Positions 24,801 through 39,800 of a stretch of 64,000 nt of DNA are shown here, piece by piece. The stretch is from Rhina ancylostomus. Taxonomy: Eukaryota. Made by a program: the position numbers and the translations under genes. The notes under the pieces are model-generated. The model was not told the origin of the DNA. It was given only the letters and a program-made list of their open reading frames with translations, and searched no databases. The stretch covers positions 39,219,376 through 39,283,375 of the forward strand of contig JARFYF010000007.1 of assembly GCA_030265395.1 (NCBI GenBank), written 5' to 3'. The first letter of the stretch is position 1. Every line of letters starts with the position of its first letter.

Positions 24801-27800
24801 ATAAAAATAAATATTTCTGAAATTTACAAGATTTGAACTTTTATAGGCAGCCTAAACATATTTTGTTAATGAGCGAAATCCATGTAAATCTAAGTCACTA
24901 ATTAGTGATATAGAATAAACTTGTTTCATAAACTTGTTTCTTCTGTGGACTTTCATGCCAGATAGTGTCATGACATTGATCGGTGTGTTGAAACTCAGAG
25001 AAATTCAATTATTCAGTTGTTTTAAAGTTGTCTGACATGAGGAAAGGTTTTTTTCTGTCCATCAGGATGTGACAGATTTGTCCTTTATTATGAGATTTAT
25101 GACTTTGTTATCCTGATCCACAGAGGAATTTTCTCACCCTCACTATAATTTCTGCACAGTCTTATCCAACTAGCAAAGCCAATTATAAGAGCTTCCAGTT
25201 CTTCTATTCCAGTGTTCTTCTTTTCCAAGATGTTGTTCAGTGCTGGGTAAATAGAAAGATGTCCCAGGTGTAGTTGATGTGTGAGGTTTAAAAACAAATT
25301 ATGTACTGCATCTTTGAAGCAGAATTAAGGTGGAGACACGAGAGACTTCAGATGCTACAATCTGGAGCAGCAACACAAATTACTGGAGGAACTCAGTGGT
25401 TCAGGCAGCATCTATGAAGGGAAATGGGCAGTCAATGTTTTGGGTTGAGAGCCTTCATCTGGACTGAAAAATAGAGGAGAGATAGNNNNNNNNNNTATAA
25501 AAAGGTGACGGGAAGCAGTGGAGCAAGAGATAGCAAGTGAAAGGTGGATCTAGCTGAGGAGGAGTGATAAACAGATGGAGGTAGAAGCTGGGAGGTGATA
25601 GGTGGAGGTGACAAAGGCGGAAAATTAAAATGGAATCAATTTCTTGAAATTCTCCTTTCGGTGTGAACTGTAGTGGAACACAATTAACTTATTTAAAGGA
25701 TACTTAACCAAGGAAACATAATGAATTTTTACATTTCACTTTTGCTAGGGCTTCAAGGAAGATTTTTAGTTGAAGTGATTTGGCGGGCAAAACCAATGGA
25801 GAAGACAGCACAAGTAAATGGGCTCAAAAGATAAATGGGCTGAATTTCTGGTGAATGCAGGATATTACAAGAAACTAGGCATGCAAAGTAGATCAATGAA
25901 ACAGAGGATGATTTTGTGACCTTTCCCTGTTCTTAACTGTTAACATTTTAATTTGTCTGGCCATGGTTTTCTCATGGATTTCTATAAGGAAAAATACAAA
26001 GTTGCCTTCAAATCTATTTTTAATTGCATTAAAATTTAAGTTGAACACTTTCAGCTGCTAATATCATTTATTTAAATGATGATAAATGATATGTTATCCT
26101 TCTTAATTCATTGTTGGTTCCATGAGCATGACCAGCATTTAATGCTGCTCCCTCACTGCCCTTGAGCCATGTTATTGAATGGCTGCAGTTCTTCCGGTGA
26201 AGGAAGTCCATTCATTGTGCACAGTACTTACCTGGGTGTGAGATGGAGGAAGGCCACGTCGACCATAAATTCCAACCAGAGCATCCTTTCCCAGTGACAC
26301 GTTGAATTTCAAATACATTGGATGATCTATGAACACTTGAGTGCGCCAGAATAGCCCTGGTGGTATCTTCTGAGTGACTCTCCGCCCAATATCAATTTCT
26401 CCTGTATCTATGTAGCTGTCTTCTGGGATTAGATTGTCTGTTTTTCCTGTGAAAATATTAAGAAAATTGTACTTTCTTGTTAAATGAGGGGAAAGTTGCT
26501 GCCACAAAACCTGAAGGAGGAAACTGCACATAAGGGTCCAAATTTGGAGAAGAAATTAGAGAAAGGAGGAGAAAGCAAAATCATAAATATGCAGAGGAAA
26601 AAACCAAATGCAGTGTTTCACTGCATTACCCAGCTCTGCATAATGATCGTAGAATCTGAGTTACCATTAAAATGATTTCAAAAGCCTTTATTTTTGTTTA
26701 AGAATCTTGCAATTTAGATTTCCCAAAAGCTGAACCAAATTGTCACAAAAAGCTGATCCAGTTAACAATGACATTCTAATGCTGTTGTTTACAGAGGAAT
26801 GAAATTATATTTTGTTTCACTCAAATTTAGCTCCACTAACTCACGGACAATCCTATAGCTTGCTATCTTCAGGTTATTGATTTTTATTTGTATTACCGAG
26901 CACCTAGAATGATATTTAACTGCTATGAGTGCCTTTTTAATATAGAGCTCTCAGAGGCTAACTATCTCCCACTCAAGTCCAGAACATTAGCAAAAAAAAA
27001 ATACAATTTCACTTTTCTGTCCTAATGTGTGACTCTGAATAAAAGCATGTCTGTAATTACATTTAAGCCTGATATTTAACTCAGCCTGTTGCTCTGCAAT
27101 TTTGTGCTGTCAGTTATGATTTGAAGAATAGCTAACTTTTGTTATTGTTTTTTTTAATAACTGTAAATAATATCACACAAGATTCCCTTTTAATATACTT
27201 CTGCCTTCTATTGAAGTTTGCAGTGACTTTTGACTTATGTTGTATTCATGCCCTGGTTTTCTGGATTGAAATAAAAAGCTCTATTAACAGCTGTTCAAAT
27301 AAATGGTCATCAAGAAAAGAACTTGGCTTCAAGTAATACATCAAGTGTCAATGTTTTATTTCAACCTACGCTGCCAAAGTTTGCTTGTGATAATTCAGAG
27401 TCTGAATGGTTTGAAAGTTCTTTAAATATTCTAAGAGTTGGAATTGTACAATATAAATAATGTAGCAGGTTGCGATTTAATGCAAAGAAAATTAATTATT
27501 TAATAGTCTGAATTGAGAAGATTTAGTATGAAAATTCATTCACTTATGCAGTTTTATGCACTGCATGATTGAGTTGAGGTGTATAGTTGAGGACTAATGC
27601 AATCAACACACTTGAGCATGTGTGGTGGGAAATTGAATTGTGTGCTTGGCATATCTACCGACAGAGACTGAATGGCTAGCAGTTGTAATGCCAATTAGCA
27701 TCCAACTCTTGTTGAATATTGTGACTACAACACTAGACTGAGTAGACACCACTGGTAAATGGCATTAGCCTTGACCAGGAAAGCAAGCCCTAAAATATAG

Positions 27801-30800
27801 TAAGAACTTGAGTGACAGTTAAAAGGACATTCCTTATTTGAATCACCGTTGGAGACTCTGTCATGAAAAAAAATGATGGATTTTTCTCCTTGCACACATG
27901 GCCAGATTTTTCTGCATTTTGCAGATAAAGCCTCTACTTCCTTTGTGCACGGGGGCCTAGCCACATTGAATTTTGGCTGGGTGCCCACTTCTGCTGTCAT
28001 AATACCCAATCAAGCATTCAGTGCTCACTCCAGTGTCCAGTTCTGATATAAAGCATTGAATCTGCCCGACCATTTGCAACAGTGGTTCCCATCAAGAATT
28101 GTCACTTTAAGAGCTCCTGCCATGGTGGCATATCAAGCAGGTAAGGTGTGCTCCTTGAACAGTTCCTGAAATGACTTGTGGCAACTGTACTACATCCAGG
28201 GCAATTCTACCACTTGCTCCCACAAAACCTTCTATGTCAAACATGTGTGAAAATCACTCCCCCATCGATTTGAATGAAACTGGCCTGAGTATGCCAGCCA
28301 TTTCAGTGCATGCTTCTGTGCATTAAACCTTTTGTATTTAAAGGTGCATACCTCAAAACTTTACTGATTAGTGCCAAGTTTTTGTGCGATCCACAACTTA
28401 AGTTAGGACTGCTGCCCATCACCCTCAGTTAGACTCCTCTGTGTGTCTGACATCATTAGGCACACAGACAACAGGACTTGTGCACAATGAACGCTCAGGG
28501 TGCCATTCAGTTAGTATTCATCTCAACATGGCCTGCAGACAGCATGAGCCACTTGTGCAGACCGTTTCTTCAAAGGGCCCGGACTGTGCAGGTCTATAGC
28601 CATGAAATCTGGCTCATGGATCCTTCTACAGGGTAGGTGTCCTTTCACTTTGCTACTTACTCTCTGCTCTCCCTTCTGGGGGTCTCCTGCATGTCCCTCA
28701 ACAATGGACCCTTTCTCCCACTCCAGCTAATTGTAATTCCAACCCCCTTTGCTGATCACTGCCACCCACTCATGTTCTGACATGACGACTGATATCCCAA
28801 TCCTCTGATATTTTCTATCATTCCACCACAGTCTCACCCCAATGACCCACAAATCTTGGCTTATCTGAGGCCCATCTACAAAACACTCATTGGCTACTGC
28901 ACCTCTCCAGTTTAGTGGCTTCTTGATGCATGCAATGATTTCGAGATCATAAACTTTATCATCAATTTGATTTCATGTATAAACAAACTCTACTAAAATT
29001 CCAAAATTATTATTCAATCAACCATTTAAGACCTTAAAATTTTGCAATACTTTCCTATCTCAGCTTCCACAAATTCCAACTGCATCTTTTCCTAAACTCC
29101 ATTCATTTTCCTTGCTAAAACAAACAATTGCCTCCACAGCCTTTCATGGCTTTGCCCCACCATTCAGGGATTCCCCCAAATTCCTCCTTCACTTCTCTGA
29201 TGTTGGGGTCATCTCCATTCCATGTTTCCATTGTGAGTAGAAACTCTTTCGGCAATTCTGGAGGCCCTTCCTAGTCGCTCCATCTGGTTATCCTTTCCCC
29301 CTTTCCACAGATTCCCCCAGAACTCTGCTCTTGCTGAGTCTCTTCATGAATATCCTTGCAGTCTTATGATTTGCAGCCTGAATGTAAAGGATTGAGACTT
29401 CTTCCCACACACAATATGCACTATTAATTTGAATAGTGCTAATGCATCCTGAGCTGCTGTATGTCAAATTGAAGAGATTTATAAAATCAATAACCAGTGT
29501 AGTTTTGGATCAAAGGACGTGATGTGCAGTTTGAGTTTATGTCTCTGTTTGGGTGTACTGCAACATATCCAGCAGCCGGTTGCACCACTGTTTTTGAACC
29601 TGCTACAGTGTAATACATTGGAGCAGACCAGTCAGTGGGATCAATGTCTCTGAACCAGAGTGGTTTGGATGTCTTAAGGTGTCTCTTCAGCACATTTTCA
29701 TGCATGATAAAGATATCTTACTGGTAATTCAAACTTATTCTAACTGTAGATATCTGATAGGTTAGGGGCTGGGCACAAGGTAAGCAGTGACAGCCACTAG
29801 TTCTTTTTGTTTCTCCATTGATACCATAAACTTCCTTTGAAGAAACCCAGTTTTATAATTCAGCACTACAGCAGAGCACTCTCAAACTCTGCCCACTGCA
29901 CTCTGTTCCTATACTTCAACACTCATGACATCTCCTGAATTACAGTCTTGCCCAGCCTCATCTTTTGATTCACAATGAAATCTAATTTCCCCTCTCCTGC
30001 ACTCTTACCAGTTCTACCTTCATATACTTCTACCTCAAGTAGTGATTCAACCAAAATCAATGTTAAGTCTGTTCAACTACAGCAAAAATGTGCACCAAAT
30101 GGCGTCTTTGATGGGCTGCATCTTGTTGGCTGAAATTACTCATCCAGAGTCGCCATGTGTAGTTACTCCAAACCCACACTTACCGAGTGGGGATGAGGAG
30201 GCACAATCCTGTTGGCTTGAAGAATCCTGGACTCCAAGGGTGTGGGTGGAACAGAGGCAAAGCCTTTGCCAATGAGATGAAGAAACTCTGCGGCCAAAAT
30301 GCTCTTGAAAGCTTTGGCAGCAGAGAATAACTTGCTCCCAGCTTTGCTTGCTGTAAAAGCTGGAGTATTAATAGTTTCCAAATATCTCTTGACATTCACT
30401 GATGTTTGACATTGAAGTAAGTAGGTTTAAAAAAAACCTAAGAATTACAAATTATTTCAATATTTTGTTCAGATAATTGACTGTGAGATTGGCCTAGTGT
30501 GTCCATCCAGCCACTGAGTCCAAAGGAGAGATGTTAAAATAGATCAAAAGCTTGGTTGAAGAGGTAGGTTTGAGGGAACAACATAGAGGTAGAGAAGTGG
30601 AGGGGTTTGTGGGTGTTGGTGGTATTGTTGTGGTGGGGGTTGGATTTCTGGAACTTCTGAAGCCTCAACATTCCTGATGCTCACCATGGTTGCTGGCATC
30701 AGCAAACTTCAATCTTGTAGCTGAGTAAAGATCTCTCAGGGGCATCCTGAGGGGCATCTGTGGATTTCCTTGCTGCAGCTCTGTGGTCTGCTGCTGCCTT

Positions 30801-33800
30801 CTGACTTCAACATCAATTTACTGAAGTCATTCTCGCTGGCATTTTAACTCTTCTGCCTGTGATGGTGCTACACCTTGGTTAAATCACACAGAATTCTCTA
30901 CTCTTAGAGCACCATGGTGTTATACAGTGGCAGAGCTGTACCCCAATGTTATACAGTGACAGTATTGTACTCTGGTGTTATACAGTAACAGGGCTGTACC
31001 CTCCAGTACTGTACCCAATGTTATGTAGTGACAGAGTTGTATCCTTCAGTACAGTCCAACAATATACACAGTGACAGTACTGCACCTAATGTCAGAGCTG
31101 TACCCTCCAATGTTGTACCCTAGTGTTATACAGCGGCAGAGCAGTATCCTCAGGTACTGTTCCTTAGTGTTGTACATTGCTCTGCTGATACTTTGGCACT
31201 TAGNNNNNNNNNNNNNNNNNNNNNNNNNNNNATTCTGAAGTTTTTTGAAACTATATCATCTCTGGTCGCGTGCTTTTGAACCAAACTTTTGAAGTAGAGT
31301 ACGGCTGAATGTTGCTTTATTGGATGAAGTGTTAACCGATGTCTTCCTGTAGCTCCAGCAGTTGCTCTTTCACAACCTTTGTCAAAATATCAATCAGGCC
31401 TTCTGTGAATCCTTTTTCTATTCTCCTCCTGCCCTTAAGAGGAAGATTTGCTTGCTAATTGCACACTGATCTTTCTGGCTCATTCTCCACCTCAACTCCA
31501 ATATCAATGATGGTAGGGAAGAACTTGGCTTCACTGCTTCATGCATTATGAATGGAGTGTGTCAGCCTCTGGATCCTTGCCTAAAGCCAAGCTGTGTTGA
31601 GATCAAGGCAAATTTTAAGGTTACTTTCATTAACTCAGTTTTTTTCAGAATCTTTGAACATTTAATTATTTCCTCTCCCAAATCTTCCCTTCCTCTTTAG
31701 TTCTTAATATGTCAAACCACAGCTTGGTATTACCCTGTCACTGCCTTCATCTATTTACCTCACCTGTTCTTTCACAATTTTTGAAAGTTTTTGTAGTACT
31801 GCACACAGAGACATCATCAGGTTAACAGAAAAAAATCTGGGAGAAATTTAAGCATTATATTACTGTGGGGCTCACGGTAGTGTGGTGGTTAGCGTGACGC
31901 TATTACTGTGCCAGTGATCGGAGTTAGATTCCTGCCACTGTCTGAAAGGAATTTGTACATTCTTCCTGTGTTTGTGTGGGTTTCCTCCGGGTGCTCTGGT
32001 TTCCTCCCACATCCTGAAGACGTATGGGTAGGTTAGCACGGGTTTAAATGGGTGGGGAGGACTCATTGGGCTGGAAGGGCCTGTTACAGTGCTGTATAAA
32101 TAAAGAGTTTGAAAAAAAGTTTATGCATGTGGGGGGCATGGAATATTGTGCATTATGACAGTGTGGATTCTTAGTTTAATTTATTCCCATTCTTTGAAAC
32201 TCCAACTTAAACCTAATCAAGAATTACATACATATTCCTGGAAATTCATCCCCAGTTGGTAGCACCAACATGCTATATTGTAGAAGTCGTGTTGTATTCT
32301 GCCTCCTAAGTTTATTTTCATTGAAGGCAATAGAATGAACTTCAGAGACAGAGTACAATGAGCTGATGGGACAATATTGTAATGTTATCGACCAAGGATG
32401 AACTTCAGAGACAATAATAGCTGCATTTTTATGACAGATATGAATAGAATTAATGCTCCATTCCAGCCAGTCGATTGTGGCCGTGCCTCCTGCCCTACTG
32501 GAAGCATATCAGAGCAGGCAAAAATTGAGGCAAAAATGCCTAAGAAATATGCTTTATAACATCTGTACAGACTTTGATGTCAATGCTGGATCTGACCACT
32601 TCATAGGAAATGGAAATCTAGTAGACAATTTGAGATCTTGATTAAAGTTCTGTTATGTGACATTCTGTGAGCTCTACAGTAGAACATCATTGAAAACCTG
32701 ATCATGCTCAGTGCCCTTCTGATTGTTGTTCTAGGTCATCAGTACATATGCATACATCCATAAGGTGCTGGGTATTCACAGTGATATCAATGGGAGTGCA
32801 AAGCTTATTCTGATGTGTCTGGAGTAAGACTCTTCTGTGCAGAATGATGTGGGCCTTGCATACTTAAGGATATTAACTGGAAGGCCTGCCTAGACATTGG
32901 TTAAAGGAAATCTCACCTCACATGATCTGTCGCAGTGCGTTCAAGACATCCATGTTATTCTTGGTAGTGTGATTTGTAAGTGATTTCTTAATGACAGTTT
33001 CCATCCCTTCCCAGCATCTGACCTCACTGTTGACATCCTCAGGCCTCCTGATGTGACTCCCATCATTCCAGGATCACACCTCTGCTAATCAACCAATTCC
33101 TCCCCTACCTGGATCCCTTCTACCAACTCTGCCTTGTCCCAGGAATATCCCTTTGCCCAATTCTTTTCACCCCATTTGCATCACATCCAACATTCTGCAG
33201 TCCAACCAACATGCTCCACAAGCTCCTCATTCCAGGAAATGCAGAGAAAAGGCCTTTGTTCACATGTAAGTACACAAGTTATGCTCTCTCATGCACAAAG
33301 TGATAGAATGAGGTGGATATTTCTGTTTGGCATTCCACAGGGAACTGCAGTCATTCATCCTTTTGTCCAGCAGCAAGTCCCAAACTTATGATTACTCACT
33401 GTGCCCTTAACCTACTAAATGACAAGGTACCACCAGATTCCACATCTTGCTAGAATAACCCAGCATTATGTTGGAGTGTCAATCTCACAGCAGGTCACAT
33501 CTGACACAAAGTCCTAAACCACATTCATTTCAAAGGGAATTCCCCATCTCCAGAATAGGAGTCAATATTTAATATGTTAATAAATTATTTAAAATTAAGG
33601 TACCTTTTTATGCGTTTTAATTATTATTTACAAAGCACAGTTTTTTTGAAGTATTTACATCAATTTTAACAATTTATAAATGTCACCGACAAGCTTTGAC
33701 AGGAAAAAATAGTTCTGACACAGTTTTGCCTTCTGATAAGGCCTATCTGGGCATTCTGGGAGAGAGGCCTCTCCATATGCCAAGTGAGGACACCATTTTG

Positions 33801-36800
33801 CCTGAATTTGGGGTGCTGAGGATCAGTGATATTGACCTTTTGTGCTTGATCCAGGTGAATGTGGGCATTGGGGATTGTGGGCTGCGACCTTTGGTGGTGG
33901 TCCAGCCTCAAGAAGATCCACCCCAATATCTCTGATGGGAGCTTCACATAAAAGCACCACCCCCCCCAGTTTACTGCTGCTGTTCTGCACCTTTTCAGAA
34001 AGGATACAATTTCTAACAAACTAAATACACAATAATCTCTTACACAACTTCAGGATGTCCTAAAGCAGTGTACTGACAACTAACTGCTTTTGAACTGCAG
34101 TCCCTGTCCACAAGCTATATTGCCGATACATATATGAAAACTGGATTAGATCCTTAAGAAACATTGACATTTTCAAACAACCAATGTTATTTTAAACCTG
34201 CCTACTGACAAAAAAAAACATATCAAAATATTTTGAAGTTCAAATCAAACATCCTTTATTACTTGATCCTCTGGCTTCCAAGATGTGGTATCTTGGATTA
34301 TAATAATATCAGAATGTAAGATTGGTTTGAATGGTATCCAACTCAGTGCCAGCCAAGGATAGCATTTAAAATTTCAATGATTCTGAACAATTTTTACATC
34401 TGAATAAATACTAGAATATGGTATTAATGTAAAAGTTAGATCTGACTGCCTGACTGGGACTGTGCATAACGTTCCCACAGAAGCTTTCTTGATGAGTATT
34501 TCAGGGCCATAAAATAACAGTTCTCCATTAAAATGCATATTTTTGTTGAATACATTAATGTGACAGAAGTTTGTACGAAGGATGTTGAGAATCTATAAAC
34601 CCTTTTCAAAGTATGCAATAAGGCAGAAAAATATTAAAAGGCAACATTGCATGTAAAGTTTTAAAATATAACCAACAAATAAAGCCTTGAATGTTAAACA
34701 TAAAGTACACTGAAGATTCAAAGAGCAGGTTCATAGTATTGATTATGCTTAGAGTAGACCATACCTTCACTGGTTCCTTTGCCTTTCCTTTCAGGCAAGT
34801 CTAAACCTGTGCCACCAGAGGGAGACAATGTGACGTCCGTTGGCACTGGCCAACTGCTGGCTTTGTTCTCACCGATCTGGTACATCTGCCCTTCCATCGG
34901 CTGCAGGTGCCAGTTTAGGCCAAACAGGTGCATGGCTGTGATAGCAATGAGAAAAGTCATCTTTTTCTGGCTGGATCACTGCAGGAGTTCTGGATAAATT
35001 AGGCACCGATGTACAGTACAGTGAGGTGGCTTGGCATGGGGCTTTTCTAATTTTAAGTATTGTGCTGTCTGCAACTCTATATTATCTAGCTATCTCCAAA
35101 AATTGCAGGAAACTGGAAATGTGTCATATGTGATATAAAACTGTGCAGAGTTTTTCTACTAAAGTTAGTCTTGAAGAGGCTAACAAAGGCTCTTCACAAA
35201 GATTACAATCCCTGTACCATGTTACTTCACACTTCTAACACCATAATATGAGTAGCATCTCCTTGATTATTGGCGATGATATTTTCCCTTGTCTTTTACA
35301 AAACCTGACAATACTCTTGTGCAAAACATCACACATTCGTTGTCCACAATCTGTACAGTTGTACAGTTTGTGCACTCTCACCCAATTTCGGTTTTTACTA
35401 ATGGACGATTTCATGGATATTTTACAAGGCACACGTTCGTGCAGCAGGAGCCCAAAGTGGGTGGTAATGGATAGCAATCTTGAGTAGGAAGGAAAATAAG
35501 GATGTCAAGAAGGTAGTTAGCCTGGCCTATTTTGCCCTCTTGATGTCAAATTTTGCAATCCACATATCTGCACTGGCAGTGAATGAACCGTAGAATAAAT
35601 GACATCTCAAAATTGCCCAATAAATAGTAGCATTAAAGTGCATTATCCTATTGTAGGTTTGCACAATTTGTGGAACAATCTGAAGTAGCCTAATGCATTG
35701 GTTCAGTGGGATTGTTTTTAGGGCATTTTCTGTAACACTGATGAATAAATGTAGTAATTAGAATATGGGCAGATCTTTTTGTGTGGGGGCCATAGAATGA
35801 CATTCATGTTTAGTGCATAATCATTTCAAAAATGTATAAAAGTGAATGCCCTAGAAAACAAAAGTAAATAGGATAACACCATCACGTTACGTGTTATTTG
35901 TTCTCATTGTCGGAGAGGAATTGTTGGTAACTGTTACATTTTGGAACTGGTCTTGTTCTGCCTTTTTTGTGCTTCACAATCATCAATCATAAAACTGTCA
36001 AAATTGTTTTCAGCATTATTTTTGTGTCCCTGAATTTAAAAAAAATATTGCTTTCCAGAAACCTGACCTTGAGCAACAGCCAGGTTATGTGAAATTAATT
36101 ATAAATTTAATGACTGAATGCCATTCTACCCCTGAAACTATGCTGTGCAGAACCCACTCAGGAACAAATATCTTTCTCCCCAGAAATATCCCCTTTTCTT
36201 CAGATCGAAATTATAACATCAAACGCAGGAGTTAAAAATTAGAAGGGAATGGTTACGATCGGTGTCGCAAACAAATGTTTCTTTTATGTAACAAATGTAC
36301 ACAAAAGTATATAAAAAATAATAGGTGGTGCAAATTCATCTTGGAGGGTATGATATGATTGCAAGACAGTTAGGACAAGGAACTAAATTTATCAAATTAG
36401 AGGGTTTCCAGGAAAGATGAGAAATGGCAGAGCAGGTGGAATAGCCCAAGTGATTAAGGTGAACTTACTTCAGTGATAAGGGATGATGGAACAAAAGTCA
36501 ATCAGGCATGTTAAAAAATGGACAGTGGGGATCATTCCCCGAAAATAAATCCAGAGTGATAGTATGTATAAATGCACTGAGATTAGACAAACGTGGAGCA
36601 AAGGCAGAAAGCTGTTAATTAAGATTTAAGCATATTATGAATTGGAATAATCAGATCAACAATATGTTACATAGGAAATCACAGAAATTTAATGTTATTC
36701 ATTTACATGATTATTATTTGCATATTGTATTTTGCTTCTTTGTTTTTAATAGGGCATATTTAGTGCTACTGACCTCTGCTAAATTTTTGAGCAGTCACAT

Positions 36801-39800
36801 GTGATAGAACCAGAACATGGGCAGGGCATATTGGATTTAGCAAAGTGTATATTTAATTAAAATTTTGATGTGCATGATCATTTATATATTTGCAATCAAA
36901 ATATGATTGACTTCAATGTAGTTTTGAAAGAAGGAACACAAGATATCTCTTAAGATTCTTGATTTCGGTAAGTTGACTTGAATGCTATGCATGAAACAGT
37001 TCAGAGTAAGATGGGCAAATGTATTCATGATTGAAAAAACAGAAGACCATGGATGACTGGAGAGTTAAGGGCAAAGTAGAATCATAGAGCAATACAGCAC
37101 GGATACAGGCCCTTCGGCCCAACGAATCCATGCCGATCATTAGTGCCCATCTATCTAGTCCTAATTTCTTGTGTTCGATCCATATCCCTTGAAGCCCTGC
37201 CCCTGCATGTACCTCTCCAAGTGTTTCTTCAATGATATTATTGTACCTACCTCAATCACTTCTTCTGGCAGCTCGTTCCAGATACTCACCACCTTCTGTG
37301 TGAAAAAGTTGCCCCTCAAGTCCCTTTCAAATCTTTCCCCTCTCACCCTAAATCTATTGCCCCTAGTTTTGGACTCCTGTACCCTGGGGAAAAGACTGTT
37401 ATCATCTACCTTATCTATGCCCCTCATGATTTTATAAACCCATCAATCTCCTATGCTCCAAAAGATAAAGATGTAGTCTTGCCAACCCCTCCCTAAAACT
37501 CAGGCCCTCCAGTCCTGGTGATATCCTTGAAAATCTTTTCTGCATTCTTTCTAATTTAACCACGTCTTTTCNNNNNNNNNNNNNNNNNNNNNNNNNNNNN
37601 NNNNNNNNNNNNNNNNNNNNNNNNNNNNNNNNNNNNNNNNNNNNNNNNNNNNNNNNNNNNNNNNNNNNNNNNNNNNNNNNNNNNNNNNNNNNNNNNNNNN
37701 NNNNNNNNNNNNNNNNNNNNNNNNNNNNNNNNNNNNNNNNNNNNNNNNNNNNNNNNNNNNNNNNNNNNNNNNNNNNNNNNNNNNNNNNNNNNNNNNNNNN
37801 NNNNNNNNNNNNNNNNNNNNNNNNNNNNNNNNNNNNNNNNNNNNNNNNNNNNNNNNNNNNNNNNNNNNNNNNNNNNNNNNNNNNNNNNNNNNNNNNNNNN
37901 NNNNNNNNAATTGGTACAAAATTTTACCATAAGATTAGGAAAGTAGGGTGGCCAGGAGTAATGTACAGCCCTTAGAGATTAATAATGAGAAATTAATAAT
38001 AATATTGTAAATGAAAATAACAAAATGGTCCACATTTTGAATAGTTATGTCACATTAGTATTTATGGTAGAGGAAATGGATGGCATACTGGAGAAAATAT
38101 CTCAAGTAAACTAATAATGAATCAGATGCATCAAATTTAATGGAAGCAAAGTAACTAACGAGGTAAATTATGGCACAAAAGTGTGACAAATCTCCAGGAC
38201 AAGATGGTTTACATCCAATCATTATAAAGGAAGCTGCGAAGTATAATACAGACGTTCTAACTTTAAGTTTCCAAAGGTCTCCAAAGGCATAGTTCCTTTA
38301 TATTGGAAACTGTAGATGTCACTCTACTAATTGAGGACAGGGAGACTGGTAAACCAGTGCAATATAAACTGATCAATTTAGCATCTGTTGTTGGGAAATT
38401 AGTATTATAATTAAAGACAATATGTTGGAATATTTAACATTTTCAGTTGATTAAAAAGGGGCACGGTGGATTTGTAAAGTGTAGATTATGCCTGACAAAC
38501 ATGATCAGAATTTTGGAAAAGGTAGGAGAATGGATTTTTTTTATATTCACTTCTGGAAGGCAGTTGGTGAAGTCCCTCACAAAGGAATGTCAGATACATC
38601 TGAAGCTTATGGGACTGAAGGCAAATTATTGATCTGACTATATAATTGGCTGAGTAGGGCAATAAATTACTTGGGCATAGCACGTGATGGGCATACACCC
38701 AGGGAAGAGCCAATACTGTGAATTCCAAGCAACTTCAAGATCACTATGAGCGTTTACCTTTTATAGTGCACCCTCTTTAGAGATTTCCATTTTCACTCAG
38801 TGTTAGCTATCCCTACATAAGTCCAAAAGCTTCTATAGCAATAAAAAAATGAATATTTCTTCTCATAGTTTATTAATCTATTCCCTTGAAACGTATCACA
38901 ATACTTTTGCCATCAAATCACCAATTGACTCAGAGGAAAGTGAAAATAAAAAAATGCTGATGCTGGGAATCTAAAATGGAAAGAATAAAGTGCTGGAAAC
39001 ACTCAGCACATCAAGCAGCATCTACAGAAAGCAAAACAGAGTTAATGTTTCGGACACTTCATTAGCATTCACTGCTCCAGTTCTGACGAAGGGTCCTTAA
39101 CCTGAAACACCGATTCTGTTTGTCTTTCACTGATACTACCTGACCTGCTGAGTATTTGAAGGAAAGCAGTAGTTTGCTACAGTATTACTATCAGCATTGC
39201 AAACAATAAAGCAACAATGTGACTCTGTTAATCAAAAGTTAGCAGCTCAAGGGGAAAGAGTTATTTTTCAGTGCATGAGGGAACAGAGCTACATGAATCT
39301 TATTTCTAGTTTTAAAATAGTACATTAGACACCATTCTGTTCTGACTTAAGGGAATCTATTGTTCTTTTGTTAGCCCTATCACCTTGCTAATTCATCACA
39401 CAGCTGGATAGGCAGGACAACTACTGCACTCAGCAGAAAAAAAAGTGTTAAGGCAAAAAGAAGACCAACAAAATGATAATTCACAAGGTCAATGGAAAAA
39501 GGTCCTTTGGGACAGATTGATGGAATGAAAAAGAGAAAGAGTGCTCAGGATGAGCAGACCATGACTGATTGCTGAGAGAAAAGAAAGCGAGAGGTAGCTA
39601 GTGAAGTGTAAACCCCAACAAACAAAACACAGCAGAGAATAATAATTCGCGTCAGGTTTCTTTCACAAGGTTGCTGACTTGGTTTGCCCACCAGAGTACA
39701 GTAATAAATTTCCAACCAATTAAAATGTATGAAATTAAATTTGAGATTAAAACAAGTCACGCTTTGGTTGCTGGTGGTACGTGTACTTGCCTTAAAGATC

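Noticed and set aside
32335-32413. 16-bp direct repeat atgaacttcagagaca about 63 bp apart; also a 13-bp tandem duplication at 24915-24940
   Set aside because: Small local duplications with no recognisable element between them; ordinary slippage or repair products.
34755-34764. GTAT-starting donors (here and at 53489) as U12-type introns
   Set aside because: Sequences are gtatgg and gtatgt, not the U12 consensus gtatcct.
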